From: Stegostoma tigrinum
Lineage: Eukaryota
Direction: 5' to 3'
Assembly (NCBI RefSeq): GCF_030684315.1
Contig: NC_081366.1
Coordinates: 7,192,001 to 7,256,000 of the forward strand
Length of the DNA stretch: 64,000 bases
This document shows positions 37,590-47,345 of this stretch, one piece after another. A program made the translations under genes and the position numbers. The first letter of the stretch is position 1. Every line of letters starts with the position of its first letter. The notes under the pieces are model-generated. The model was not told the origin of the DNA. It ran no database searches and saw nothing but the letters and a program-made list of their open reading frames with translations.

Positions 37590-37965
37590 TAAGAACTGCA
37601 TGCAGACGAAACATAGCGTAGAGGCGGAGGAAGGCAGCAGCCCAGGCAGCATCAGAAGAGCAGGAAAGTCGATGTTTCGGGTTGGGACCATTCTTCAGAA
37701 ATTTCAGCAAGTCTTATGACACCGAGGTATCTCTAAATAAAAAAACCAAAAGAACTGCGGATGCTGTAAATCAGTTACAGGAACAAAAATTGCTAGAAAT
37801 GCTCAGCAGGTCTGACAGCATCTCGTGAGAAAAAAAATCACAGTTAGCGTATCAGAACAGGCTCTGAAGAAAAGTCACCAGACGGAAATTGTTAACTGTT
37901 TTTTTTTGTCGCCACAGATGCTGCCAGAACTGCTGAGCATCGCCAACAAACTCTGTTTTTGTACC
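37590..37965. mobile_element. Cluster of Penelope-derived short elements, including a head-to-head inverted pair
   Basis: Minus-strand copy 37635-37700 (CTGAAGA...CCCGAAACATC). 37741-37965 has inverted arms CTCAGCAGGTCTGACAGCATCT / AGATGCTGCCAGAACTGCTGAG around a degenerate hammerhead at 37863-37897. Confidence 0.7.
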
Positions 37966-37984
37966 AAGGTGTCTTTGCTCTACA

Positions 37985-39480
37985 ACACCATCTAGGGCCC
38001 TTCCATTAACTATATAAGTCCTGTCCTTCATTTAACCAAAATGCAATATCTTGCGTTTGTCAAAATTAACTTGATCTTCCACTCCTCAGTTCATTGGTCC
38101 AAGAATCTAGATCCTTTTCTAATTTGGGATAACTTACTTCATTGTCAACTCTGCCATCAGCTTTCGTGTCATCTGCAAACTTACTAACCATGCCTCCTAA
38201 TTCTTCATCTAACCCGCTTATAAACACGACAAACATCAATAGACCCAGCACCAATCCCTGTAGAACATTATGCGTCACAGGTCTCCAATCTGAAAAAAAC
38301 AACCCTCTACCATCTACAGAGATAGGAGGAACTGTCGAAGAAGAGTCCCGACCCGAAACGTCAAGCTTTCCTGCTCCTCTGATGCTGCTTGGCCTGCTGT
38401 GTTCATCCAACTTCACACCGTGTTATCTCAGATTCTCCAGCATCGGCAGTTCCTACTATCCCGCTACCATCCACCTTCTGTTTCCTATTTTCAAGCTAAT
38501 TTTGTATCCAATTGACACACTTCCCCTGAATTCCATGTGATCCAACTTTACTAAGCAGTCTATCATCTTTAAACTTCTCAAATGTCCACATAGAAACATA
38601 AAAACATATACTATATGAGCAGAAGGAGGCCATTAGACCCTTCGAGCCTACTTCCCCATTCTTACAAACCTATAGCCTATAGCCAATAGCCATCTCCATC
38701 GTTGATTGTCTAACTTAATAGCCTAATCCTGCTTTCTCCACATAACTTTTTATCCCATTCGCCCCAGGTGCTATATGTAGTCACCTCTTGACTATATTTT
38801 TGTTTTGGCATTAACTACTTCCTGCAGTAATAAATTCCACAGGCTCACCACAATTTTGGTAAAGAAATGTCTACTCATCTCCGCCCTAAATCGTCTCCGA
38901 ATTCTCAAACTGTGAACCCTGGTTCGGTACTCACTCACCATCGTGAACATCCGTCCTGCATCTACACTGTCCAGTCCTGTTAGAATTTTAAAAAACATCG
39001 TCTACCACTCTGGGCTCATCACTCTTTTCATTTATTTCCTCAAATAAGTAAATCGTGTTTGTGAGACGCCATTTCCCACGGACCAAGACATGCTGATTCC
39101 CCGAAATCAGACCTTCCCTTTCCAAATGCTTTTGAATTCTATCACTCAGAATCCAGTCCAAAAACTGGGCTACCACGGATGTCAGGCTCATTAATTTGTA
39201 ATTCTCCAGCTTTCCTTGCAGTCTTCTTTAAATAAAGGCATAACATCAGCCATCACCAAGTCCTCCAGAACATTTACCGTGGCAACAGACGTTACAACTA
39301 TCTGGGGTGGAGGCCCTGCAATTTCTTCTCTAACTTCCCACAACTTTCTAGGGTACACTTGATCAGCTCCGAGACATTAATTCATCTTTATGCTTTTTTT
39401 TAAACCTCCAGCACCTCCTCTTCAGTAATGTAGACTGTTTTCAAGACATCAATATTTATTTCCCCGAGTTTGTTAGCCGC
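37985..39480 (-). mobile_element. Nested CR1 LINE fragments
   Basis: VLQGLVLGLLMFVVFI...SKFADDTK (38066-38300) and SLTSVV...NQHVLVRGK (38988-39191) are interrupted by a second CR1 3' end (38590-38990, TRVHSLRIR...FFTKIVVSLWN). Confidence 0.8.
38315..38460 (+). mobile_element. Short Penelope-derived element with a 5' inverted end, inserted in a CR1 remnant
   Basis: GAGATAGGAGGAACTG is the inverted copy of the 3' end CAGTTCCTACTATC. Damaged hammerhead (GAAGA...CCCGAAACGTC). CTACCATC on both flanks is a candidate TSD. Confidence 0.7.
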
Positions 39481-39679
39481 CATGTATTTGCGGTGTAACC
39501 CGACCATAATTCATGCTCCCAAGCCACACTCACCCGCACCACCTCCCACGGCCCCCGCCCATCAAGGTTCAAAAGGAGAGCAAATAAAATGTTCTGACAC
39601 AAGTAGTGAATGCTGCATTGCTGCTTCTAACTTGTAATAAAATGATAGATACACCAAGAATGCATAGGATTGTATGCTC

Positions 39680-40282
39680 TGGCAAGTTTTGTGAAGATTT
39701 GTAGCTCAGGCTGAGGTTCTGGATGTACACACTAAAACAGCAGCTAAAGAACTTAAAAGACCCTATACAGACAACAAGCAAAACGAACGGCATTTACAAA
39801 ATACCTTGCAAGAACTGTGACAAACACTACATTGGACAAACTGGCAGAAAGCTAGCTACCAGGATACATGAACATCAACTAGCCACAAAACGACATGACT
39901 CACTATCACTAATACCCTTACATACAGATGAGGAAGGACACCACTTTGATTGGGACAACACATCCATCCTAGGACAAGCCAAACAGAGACACGCACGAGA
40001 ATTCCTAGAAGCATGGCATTCCAACCGGAACTCCATCAACAAACACATTGAGCCAATCTGCCATCCTCTGAGAAAAAGAACAGGAAATGACACCACCAAC
40101 ACAGGAAATGACATCAACACAGGAAATGACATCACCAACTCAAGGAACCCTAAACACAGAACTGGAAAGCCGGAAGTAACACCAGCACTTCACCGGAGGC
40201 TCACTGATGATGTTACCTAGGATGGTAACGAAACGTCTGGGAACAAATCTTCCAGCTCAGTGAATCAGCTTACATCTGGAAC
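39680..40282 (+). mobile_element. 5'-truncated Penelope-like element (GIY-YIG endonuclease end plus pLTR) with a short inverted terminal segment
   Basis: ORF 39723-40220 has GIYKIPCKNCDKHYIGQTGRKLATRIHEHQ...AREFLEAWHS (GIY-YIG). It is followed by a hammerhead motif. 39680-39727 reads as the inverted continuation of the pLTR end (minus strand TACATCCAGAACCTCAGCCTGAGCTAC). Confidence 0.88.
40200..40241 (+). ncRNA. Minimal type I hammerhead ribozyme motif (Penelope pLTR)
   Basis: CTCA-CTGATGA-T-GTTACC-taggat-GGTAAC-GAAA-CGTC-TGGG: intact core, perfect 6-bp stem II, palindromic ACGT stem III, GUC cleavage triplet and 4-bp stem I (one G-U). Confidence 0.8.
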
Positions 40283-40441
40283 AAAATAAAGACCCACTCT
40301 TTTGTGGACTGAGAAGAGGACAGCGCGACGGTGTTGGAGGTGGAAGGAAGATGTCGGGTTAGCTGTGCACCCTTGCAACAGATGGATCTTAATGCTGGTT
40401 TCAGCATAACACTGGTTCAGGGTAGCAGCCAACCTGCAACG

Positions 40442-41887
40442 CTGGCTGCAGCGAGTGCTCGTGCCCCGGGTCAGGGGGTCCGGAACACCAGTGTTTCCGT
40501 GAAGAAGGTGGATGAAGGTGCACCTGTGGACCGCACCTTCTTCGTGAAGAGGGCCCTGTTGGACTGTTGTGGGTTCACTGCTGTGGACATTTACTGCCTG
40601 CAGGATTTCCCTGGAGGAGGTTTTTATGATGTAACCTTCAGGAGCGCCAAGCTTTGCGAGCACTTCCAAGAAGTTTTGAAGGAGAAAGGAGGTGAGGGCC
40701 CCCTCTCTGTACTGACCGCTGTCCCACTGTTCATGATGCCAGTGCAGAGGAACCGTATGGTAACTGTACACATGTACAATCTGCATGTGCCAGCAGTTGG
40801 TGTCCTGACCCTCCTCAGAAGGTATGTGAAGGTGGAAGAGGAGCTAACCAACGTCGTGGACCCCTTCAGGATCTGGACCAGTAAGAGGCAGGTCAGGGTG
40901 ACGCTGAGGATGGGCTCGGACGGGAACATCGTACACCCACCGTCCAGCTTCGCGATCGGTGGGAGCAAGGGCGACCTGACCTACGCAGGGCAACATAAAG
41001 TCTACCATGCCTGTGATAGGTCAGGTCACGTGGCGGCCGACTGCAAAGCCACCATCTGCAGGAACTGCAGGGAGGAGGGAAACCTTGCAAAGGATTGCCC
41101 AAAAGAAAAAAGCTGCAACCTTTGCGGGAAAGCGGGCCACCTCTACAGGGCATGCCCGCAGCTGGGGACCACATTCGCCCAGGTCGCCGGCAGGGGCAAT
41201 GCAGGGCAAGCCCACCCGGAGGAGAGGAAGGCACCAGGGCCCTGCAAGGACCCCCCTAGTGTGCCAGAGGGCCAGGTCGTGCAGGAGGGCCCAACCCCGC
41301 AGGATGGACCTGAGGCCAGCAAAGCGCCCCTGCAGGCTCCACTCTCCCCCGACAACCCGGAGTCAATGGAGGAGGTGAGAGGTGACCCAGGGGAGTGGAC
41401 GACGGTCTGGAAAGCAAGGAGGAAGGCATGCCGGCAGGCCCAGGTGGGAAAAGGCAGCTACAGGGGAGCTATAAGAGCTCCTCTGACGAGGGAGATTCGG
41501 AGGAGGGCCACCCAAAGCAGAAGCTAAAAATCTCAAGAGAGGAGGAAAGCAGCACCCCACTCCCAGGTGACGGGAGGCATCTTGAGGCTCCCTCTGACAT
41601 CCAGCCACACGCTGCTGGGGCCCTGGAGGGCCCCCCGGAACTTTCAGGCAGGAAGGAGGAAACAGCATGTCCCCAGCCTGACCCAGAGCCGGACTGTCCT
41701 GCCTCCGCACCCCCAACGGGGAGTTGCCACCCGGGAAGGCAGCATGGATGGTTTCCTGAGCCCGGAGAGCGTCCAGCAGTTAGCCCGGGCAATGGGCATG
41801 AAGGGACAAATGGAGGGGCTGGACCTTGGACTTGGGGAGGGTACTGCGGTCACTGCCCACAATGGGGTTACGAGTTGCGAGCATTAA
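40442..41887 (+). pseudogene. Tx1 ORF1 (ZCCHC3-like, three CCHC knuckles), frameshifted
   Basis: FYDVTFRS...DPFRIWTSKR...HPPSSFAIG followed by three knuckles (the first two damaged, CNLCGKAGHLYRAC intact). The likely start codon reads CTG. The frame shifts near 41450 and again near 41700-41730. Confidence 0.8.
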
Positions 41888-44800
41888 TGTGCACAAAATC
41901 AAGTCCACTGCAAGATGTGTGTCCACGTTGGCCTACCTGACCACCATCAAGGCAGACCTCCTGTTTCTGCAGGAGTGTGGGATACCGCACCTCAGCAGGT
42001 ATGGGAAACGGTCAGGCACCTGGACCTGTGAGCCTTCGATCTGGTTGGGGGGTAACGACTGTCGGTCCTCAGGCCTGGCTATTCTGCTGTGGGGGCGCAA
42101 CTTCACCATTTCTCAAGTTCAGGAGGTGGTGGGGGGTGCGCCTCCTAGCGGCTGATGTCACCTACAGGAATGCTCCCCTGAGGCTGATCAACATGTACGC
42201 CCCAGCGGTACAGAGTGAGCGGTTGGCTGTCCTGCAGCGGCTTCCACCCCTGCTGGCTACGTCCAGGCCAGTCATCCTAGGCGGAGACTTCAACTGCATC
42301 ATCAATGCAGATGGAAGATCCGGCGTGGGGACAGCGGGTGGGGGGAGTCAACTGGACGTCACGTCCAGATTCCTGATGGGCACGGTGAAGGACACCAAGC
42401 TGCTCGACGTCTCCAGCGCCCCTGCAGACGGACCGCAGCGGAGATACACCTGGTCGCGGCCAGACAGGTCTACCCGCTCAAGGATAGACTTCCTGTTTGT
42501 GTCACGGGCGTTTTTGGTCAGGTCCACTAGCGTCGAGCCGGTGTTCTTCTCTGACCACTGCCTCCTGCTGGCCGACTGTCACTTACAGGACCACCAGAAG
42601 GCCGGCAAGGGGACGTGGAAGCTCAACACGATTCTGTTGACCCCAGAGAACATCGAGGAGCTTAAGAGGGATTACGCCGGTTGGAGAACCATGAAACCCC
42701 TCTTTGAATCTCCGGGCGACTGGTGGGAGACAGTGAAGGAGAACATCAAGAGGTTCTTTGTCCTCAAGGGTGTTCAGAAGGTGAGAGAGAGGCGGGGAAA
42801 GCTGTCGCAACTCCAGAAAAGGGTGCAGAACCTGCTCCTCCTGCAGTTGATGCGGGTCGATGTCACAGAGGACCTCCGCGAGGTGAGGGGCCAGCAAGCC
42901 TCGCTCTTCACCGCGGAGGCCTCCAGGATAATCTTCCATTCCAGGGTCCGCTCCGTGCAGCAGGACGAGACGTGCTCATGTTTCTTCTTTCAGAAGGTGC
43001 ACAAAGAGAGCTCTGTGCTTTGCCGGCTGAAGGAGGATGGCAGCTCGGTGATATCAGCATGTCCCAACATTTTGAGGATCAGCAGATCATTCTATGCCGG
43101 ACTGTACGACACAAAGCCCATGGACAGCACGGCCTCCGAGTCGTTCCTGTCGTCTATCACGGAGGTCTTAGATGATGGCACGAGGGAGTGGCTGGGCCAG
43201 CCAATATCCCTGGACGAGCTGACCAGAGCCCTCAAGTCCTTGGAGAGGAATAAGACTCCTGGGAGCGACGGTTTACCGGGCGATCTGTATTCTGCTCTGT
43301 GGGACCTGGCCGGCCAGCACCTGCTGGAGGTGTACGATAGTGCGCTTCGGGCAGGGGAAATGTGCAAGTCCATGAGGAAGGGCATCATCACCCTCATTTA
43401 CAAGAGGAAGGCGGAGAGGGAAGAAATTAAGAATTGACATCCCATTTCACTATTGAACGTGGACTACAAAATCCTGGCCAATGTCATAGCCAACAGGGTC
43501 AGGTCTGTCCTGGAGTCAGTGATTCACCCTGACCAAACCTGTGCTGTGCCAGGCAGGAAGATCGCTGAGAGCCTAGCGCTCATCAGGGATATGATCGCCT
43601 ACGTGCAGGACAGGCGGGTGGACACCTGCCTCGTCAGCCTGGACCAGGAGAAGGCCTTCAACAGGGTCCCTCATGCTTACATGAGGGACATCCTCTCCAA
43701 ATTGAGGTTCGGGGGGGCATCCGCAATTGGATCCAGCTGCTCTACACCAACATCGTTAGCGCAGTCTTGATCAACGGGTGGGAATCAGACAGTTTTCCCG
43801 TCAGATCTGGAGTCAGGCAGGGCTGCCCGCTCTCTCCTGCCTTGTTCGTGTGCTGTGTGGAGCCCTTCACCACATCCATCAGGAAGGACGTGGGCCTGAA
43901 GGGCGTGACTATCCCAGGCAGCGGAGGCCTTCAGGTCAAGACCTCCCTGTACATGGATGATGTCGCCGTCTTCTGCACCGATCGTTGGTTGATGAGTAGG
44001 CTGTTGGACATCTGTGGCCAGTTTGAACTGGCCTCGGGTGCCAAAGTCAATAGGGGTAAGAGCGAGGCCATGTTCTTCGGGAACTGGGATGACTGCTCCT
44101 TCATCCCCTTCACCATCAGGACAGACTACCTGAAGGTGCTGGGTGTTTGGTTTGGTGGAGCTGGGGCATGCACTAAGACCTGGGAGGAGCGTATCACCAA
44201 ACTGAAGCAGAATCTGGGCAGGTGGACGCTCCGGTCCCTCTCCATTGCTGGTAAGAACCTGGTTGTCAGGTGCAAGGGGCTTTCGGTACTGTTGTATGTG
44301 GTGCAGGCCTGGCCTATTCCCTGGACCAGCGCCGTTGCGGTCACCCGGGCCATCTTCCACTTCATTTGGGGGTCGAGGATGGACCAGGTCCGCAGACACA
44401 CCACGTACAAAGACCTGGAAAATGGGGGAAAGGGCATCCCGAATGCCACCCTTGCCCTGATGGCTACCTTTGTGTGCGGCTGCATCAAGCTGTGCGTAGA
44501 TCCTCAGTGCACAAACACCAAGTGTCACTACTTACTGATGTTCTGCCTGTCCCCAGTGTTGCGAAGGATGGGCCTGGCCTCGTTGCCGCGGAATGCTCCG
44601 AGTAGTTGGACCGTCCCATACCACCTGTCCTTCGTGGAGAAATTTTTGAAATGAAACACCTTTGACCACAAGGCCGTCAGGCAGTGGTCAGCATGTAGTA
44701 TCCTCGAGACCCTTCGGGAAAAGGAGAGGGTGGATCCTGTCATGTGGTTCGCCATGCAGACTGCCAAAGTCATTTGGCAGAATGCCTCATTGCCAGAACT

Positions 44801-45292
44801 TTCAAACAAGCACAAGGACATTGCTTGGCTGGTGGTGAGAAGGCTCTGCCAGTGAGATCCTTTATGCATGCCCGGAATCTCTGCACCACCACATGCTGCC
44901 CTTGAGGTGGCTGCGGGGTGGGGGGGTGGGGGGATGAGACTGTCGATCACCTCCTTCTGGAGTGTGCCTATGTGCAGGAGGTCTGGAGGGGGATGCAGTG
45001 GCATTTGTCGAGGTTCGTCCCGAGCAGCTCCGTGACGCGGGACTCCGTGCTCTACGGGCTGTTTCCCGGGACGCACACCGAGACCAACATCAACTGTGCC
45101 TGGAGGGCCATCAATGTGGAGAAAGACGCTCTTTGGTCTGCCCGCAACTTGCTGGTCTGCCAGCTGAAAGAACTGACCCTGACCGAGTGTTGCAGACTGG
45201 CACACTCCAAGGTCCAGGACTACGTGCTGAGGGATGCGCTAAAGCTTGGGGCAACCGCCGCCAAAGCGCGGTGGGGAAAGACCACCGTATGA
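41862..45292 (+). pseudogene. Tx1 ORF2 (APE endonuclease, reverse transcriptase, zf-RVT), disrupted
   Basis: MGLRVASINV, FLQE, GGDFN, SRIDFLF and SDH (endonuclease); KTPGSDGLP, NVDYKIL, DQEKAFNRV, GVRQGCPLSP and YMDD (RT); ETVDHLLLEC (zinc finger). Stops at 43437 and 44654 and frameshifts near 42135, 43715 and 44845. Confidence 0.9.
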
Positions 45293-45566
45293 AACCCCTC
45301 ATCCAGAACAGAAAAAAAGGGTCGTATCTTTTAACTGGGCTCAGCTGGCGCCAACCCCAACTGGTCAGTGGGCCAACGGGGACAGTGCGGGGAGACGACT
45401 GCAGGGGTATTTTCTTTGCTTTGTTTTTTTTCTTTTTTTTCCTTTAGTTGGTGTACGTACCCCCTGGGAAACCCGGAGCGGCTTGCATGACTGGGTAGGT
45501 GTATAAATATGTTTTAATTTTTGTACATCCTATGAATAAAGTATATTTTTACAAATACAAAAAAAA

Positions 45567-45620
45567 GGTGACGAAACGTCTGAAAATGAACCTTCCAGCT
45601 CAGCGAGCAAACTTATATCC
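45567..45620 (+). mobile_element. Second Penelope pLTR segment beginning at the 3' strand of hammerhead stem II
   Basis: GGTGACGAAACGTCTGAAAATGAACCTTCCAGCTCAGCGAGCAAACTTATATCC aligns ungapped with 40224-40277 (about 13 mismatches in 54). Confidence 0.75.
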
Positions 45621-45809
45621 ATTTTATGCTCCATTGGTATTATCATCGACTGTTTATCCAGGAATATCCCTGTTCAAATCATGTTATGGCAGAATTCCCT
45701 AATAGATGGACTAGACCAAATGCCCTTCAGATGTATCAAGGGCATTGCCCAGATCCCAAACTTCATTTAAAGCCAGGTGTAAGATATTCTGTTGCAGGTG
45801 GAGTTTGAT

Positions 45810-47345
45810 TGATCACACTACAAAACTTCCAGTAAACCATGCCTTATTCTTCCCTCTAGTTAATACAATAAAAGAAAAGTTCGTCTAACTTTAATAACTC
45901 TCCTAGAAAAGTTAACTGAGAGAGAGAGGTGTAGCAGCTTTCACAACTAACTTAAAAACCCCATCAACAACAAACTAAATTAAAACCATGATTGTGTGCG
46001 AGTCTGACTCCATCCATTAATCCTATCTCTATTAGGCTAACATTAAAAAAAACAATGCATCCCGAATGATTTGTTACTGGCTTGTTCTTTTTTTTTATTT
46101 TCTCAATCATTTGTTCAAACGCATCCACTGACAAATTAACTTCAACTTCTTTACCTTAATTCTTGGATTTCTCCTCACAATTCAACTTGTGGCTTTGTCA
46201 CCTTGTCACTAAGCAGTCAGGAAAAATTCCAGGATATGCTTTCTGTAACAATACCGTTGCCTAATTTTACATTGCCTTTTCAACCACAGTAGGCATCACT
46301 CCCACTTGTGATCCAGCTATATCATTGTCGAAGATAAGCTGTACTTCCAGAACAGAGAACTTGCTTACTACAGCTTCAGCTTAAATAACAGAACACTACT
46401 CATTTTACCAAGTATTATCACCTTTTCTGGCATTACTTCTTCCAACGTACATCTCACCATCAATGTTTGACTTGCTCCTGTGCCTCTTAAAATTCTGATT
46501 TCTTTACCTATTCTTCCGAGTACACACTAATAAATTTTATCTACACAGATAAATTCTTGGAAGAAATCTAGTACTTTCTTATTAACCAAACACTGACTAG
46601 GCAATGCATTCTTTTGCAGTTCTTCAACTGTCATTGTGATCCCCTTTACTACTTTAATAAACCCCACTGGCTTATTCTGTTTTACTACATGTGTCTTCCT
46701 ATTGCTGTTTGTACTGCACCAAAGCAGTGATTTCATGAATGTGACTTTATTATATTAAAAACGCCCCAAGTTCTTTTTATCTTTTCTTCCATCCTCGTGG
46801 CTTTCCTTTTTACCCTAAGGTAAACTAAATTTATTACATTTACTAACCTTTTCTTTACGACGTGAATATTTTTCTTTCCCCAGTTTCTATCCGTCATTGA
46901 TTGAAATTGATGTCGGAAGTCAAACTTTGATTTATGAAACAATTCCTAATCACCTGCCATTTCAACTCGTAACCTTGCAGTCTTAACTCTCTGTTCTTCC
47001 ACACGAGTTCCACTCTTTCAGTAAGTGAATTTTTGAACTCCTCCAAAATAAGTGTCTTCCAAAGTGTCCTGTGTCTGATGTGTTTTAAATGCCCCAATCA
47101 ACATTACAAAATTAATTTGTTTGCGCCTTTCAAACTCAGTGCACGTTTGACCATGTTTCCTCCTTAGTTTCCAATAACTTTGTCTACAGGCTTCTGGCAC
47201 TAGTTCATACACACATAAGATGGCATTTTTCAACTCCACATACTCCTCAGATACCGCCTCTGACAGTGATGTGAATACCGCGCTAACCGACCTCCTACCT
47301 TTGTTTGAATCGTCAATATCTACACGGGCACTGGTCATTTCATTT
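45810..47345 (-). mobile_element. Gypsy remnant (gag region plus probable LTR part)
   Basis: ORF 47018-47338 YVELKNAILCVYELVPEACRQ...EFERRKQINF and the next frame LILEEFKNSL match vertebrate Gypsy gag with a SCAN-like capsid region. Confidence 0.65.

Larger units (their letters stand above)
40283..45566 (+). mobile_element. Tx1-clade non-LTR retrotransposon, near full length, inactivated
   Basis: GC-rich block containing ORF1 (zinc knuckles) and ORF2 (APE endonuclease, RT, C-terminal zinc finger), a 3' UTR, AATAAA at 45535-45540 and an A-rich tail to 45566. The 5' boundary is approximate. Confidence 0.9.

Noticed and set aside
40265-45447. Numerous overlapping ORFs on both strands in the GC-rich block
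   Set aside because: By-products of high GC content and frameshifts in the Tx1 element, not separate genes.
40224-45620. 54-bp flanking repeat as the Tx1 target-site duplication
   Set aside because: About 24% mismatched, too diverged and too long for a TSD; better explained as two Penelope pLTR segments.
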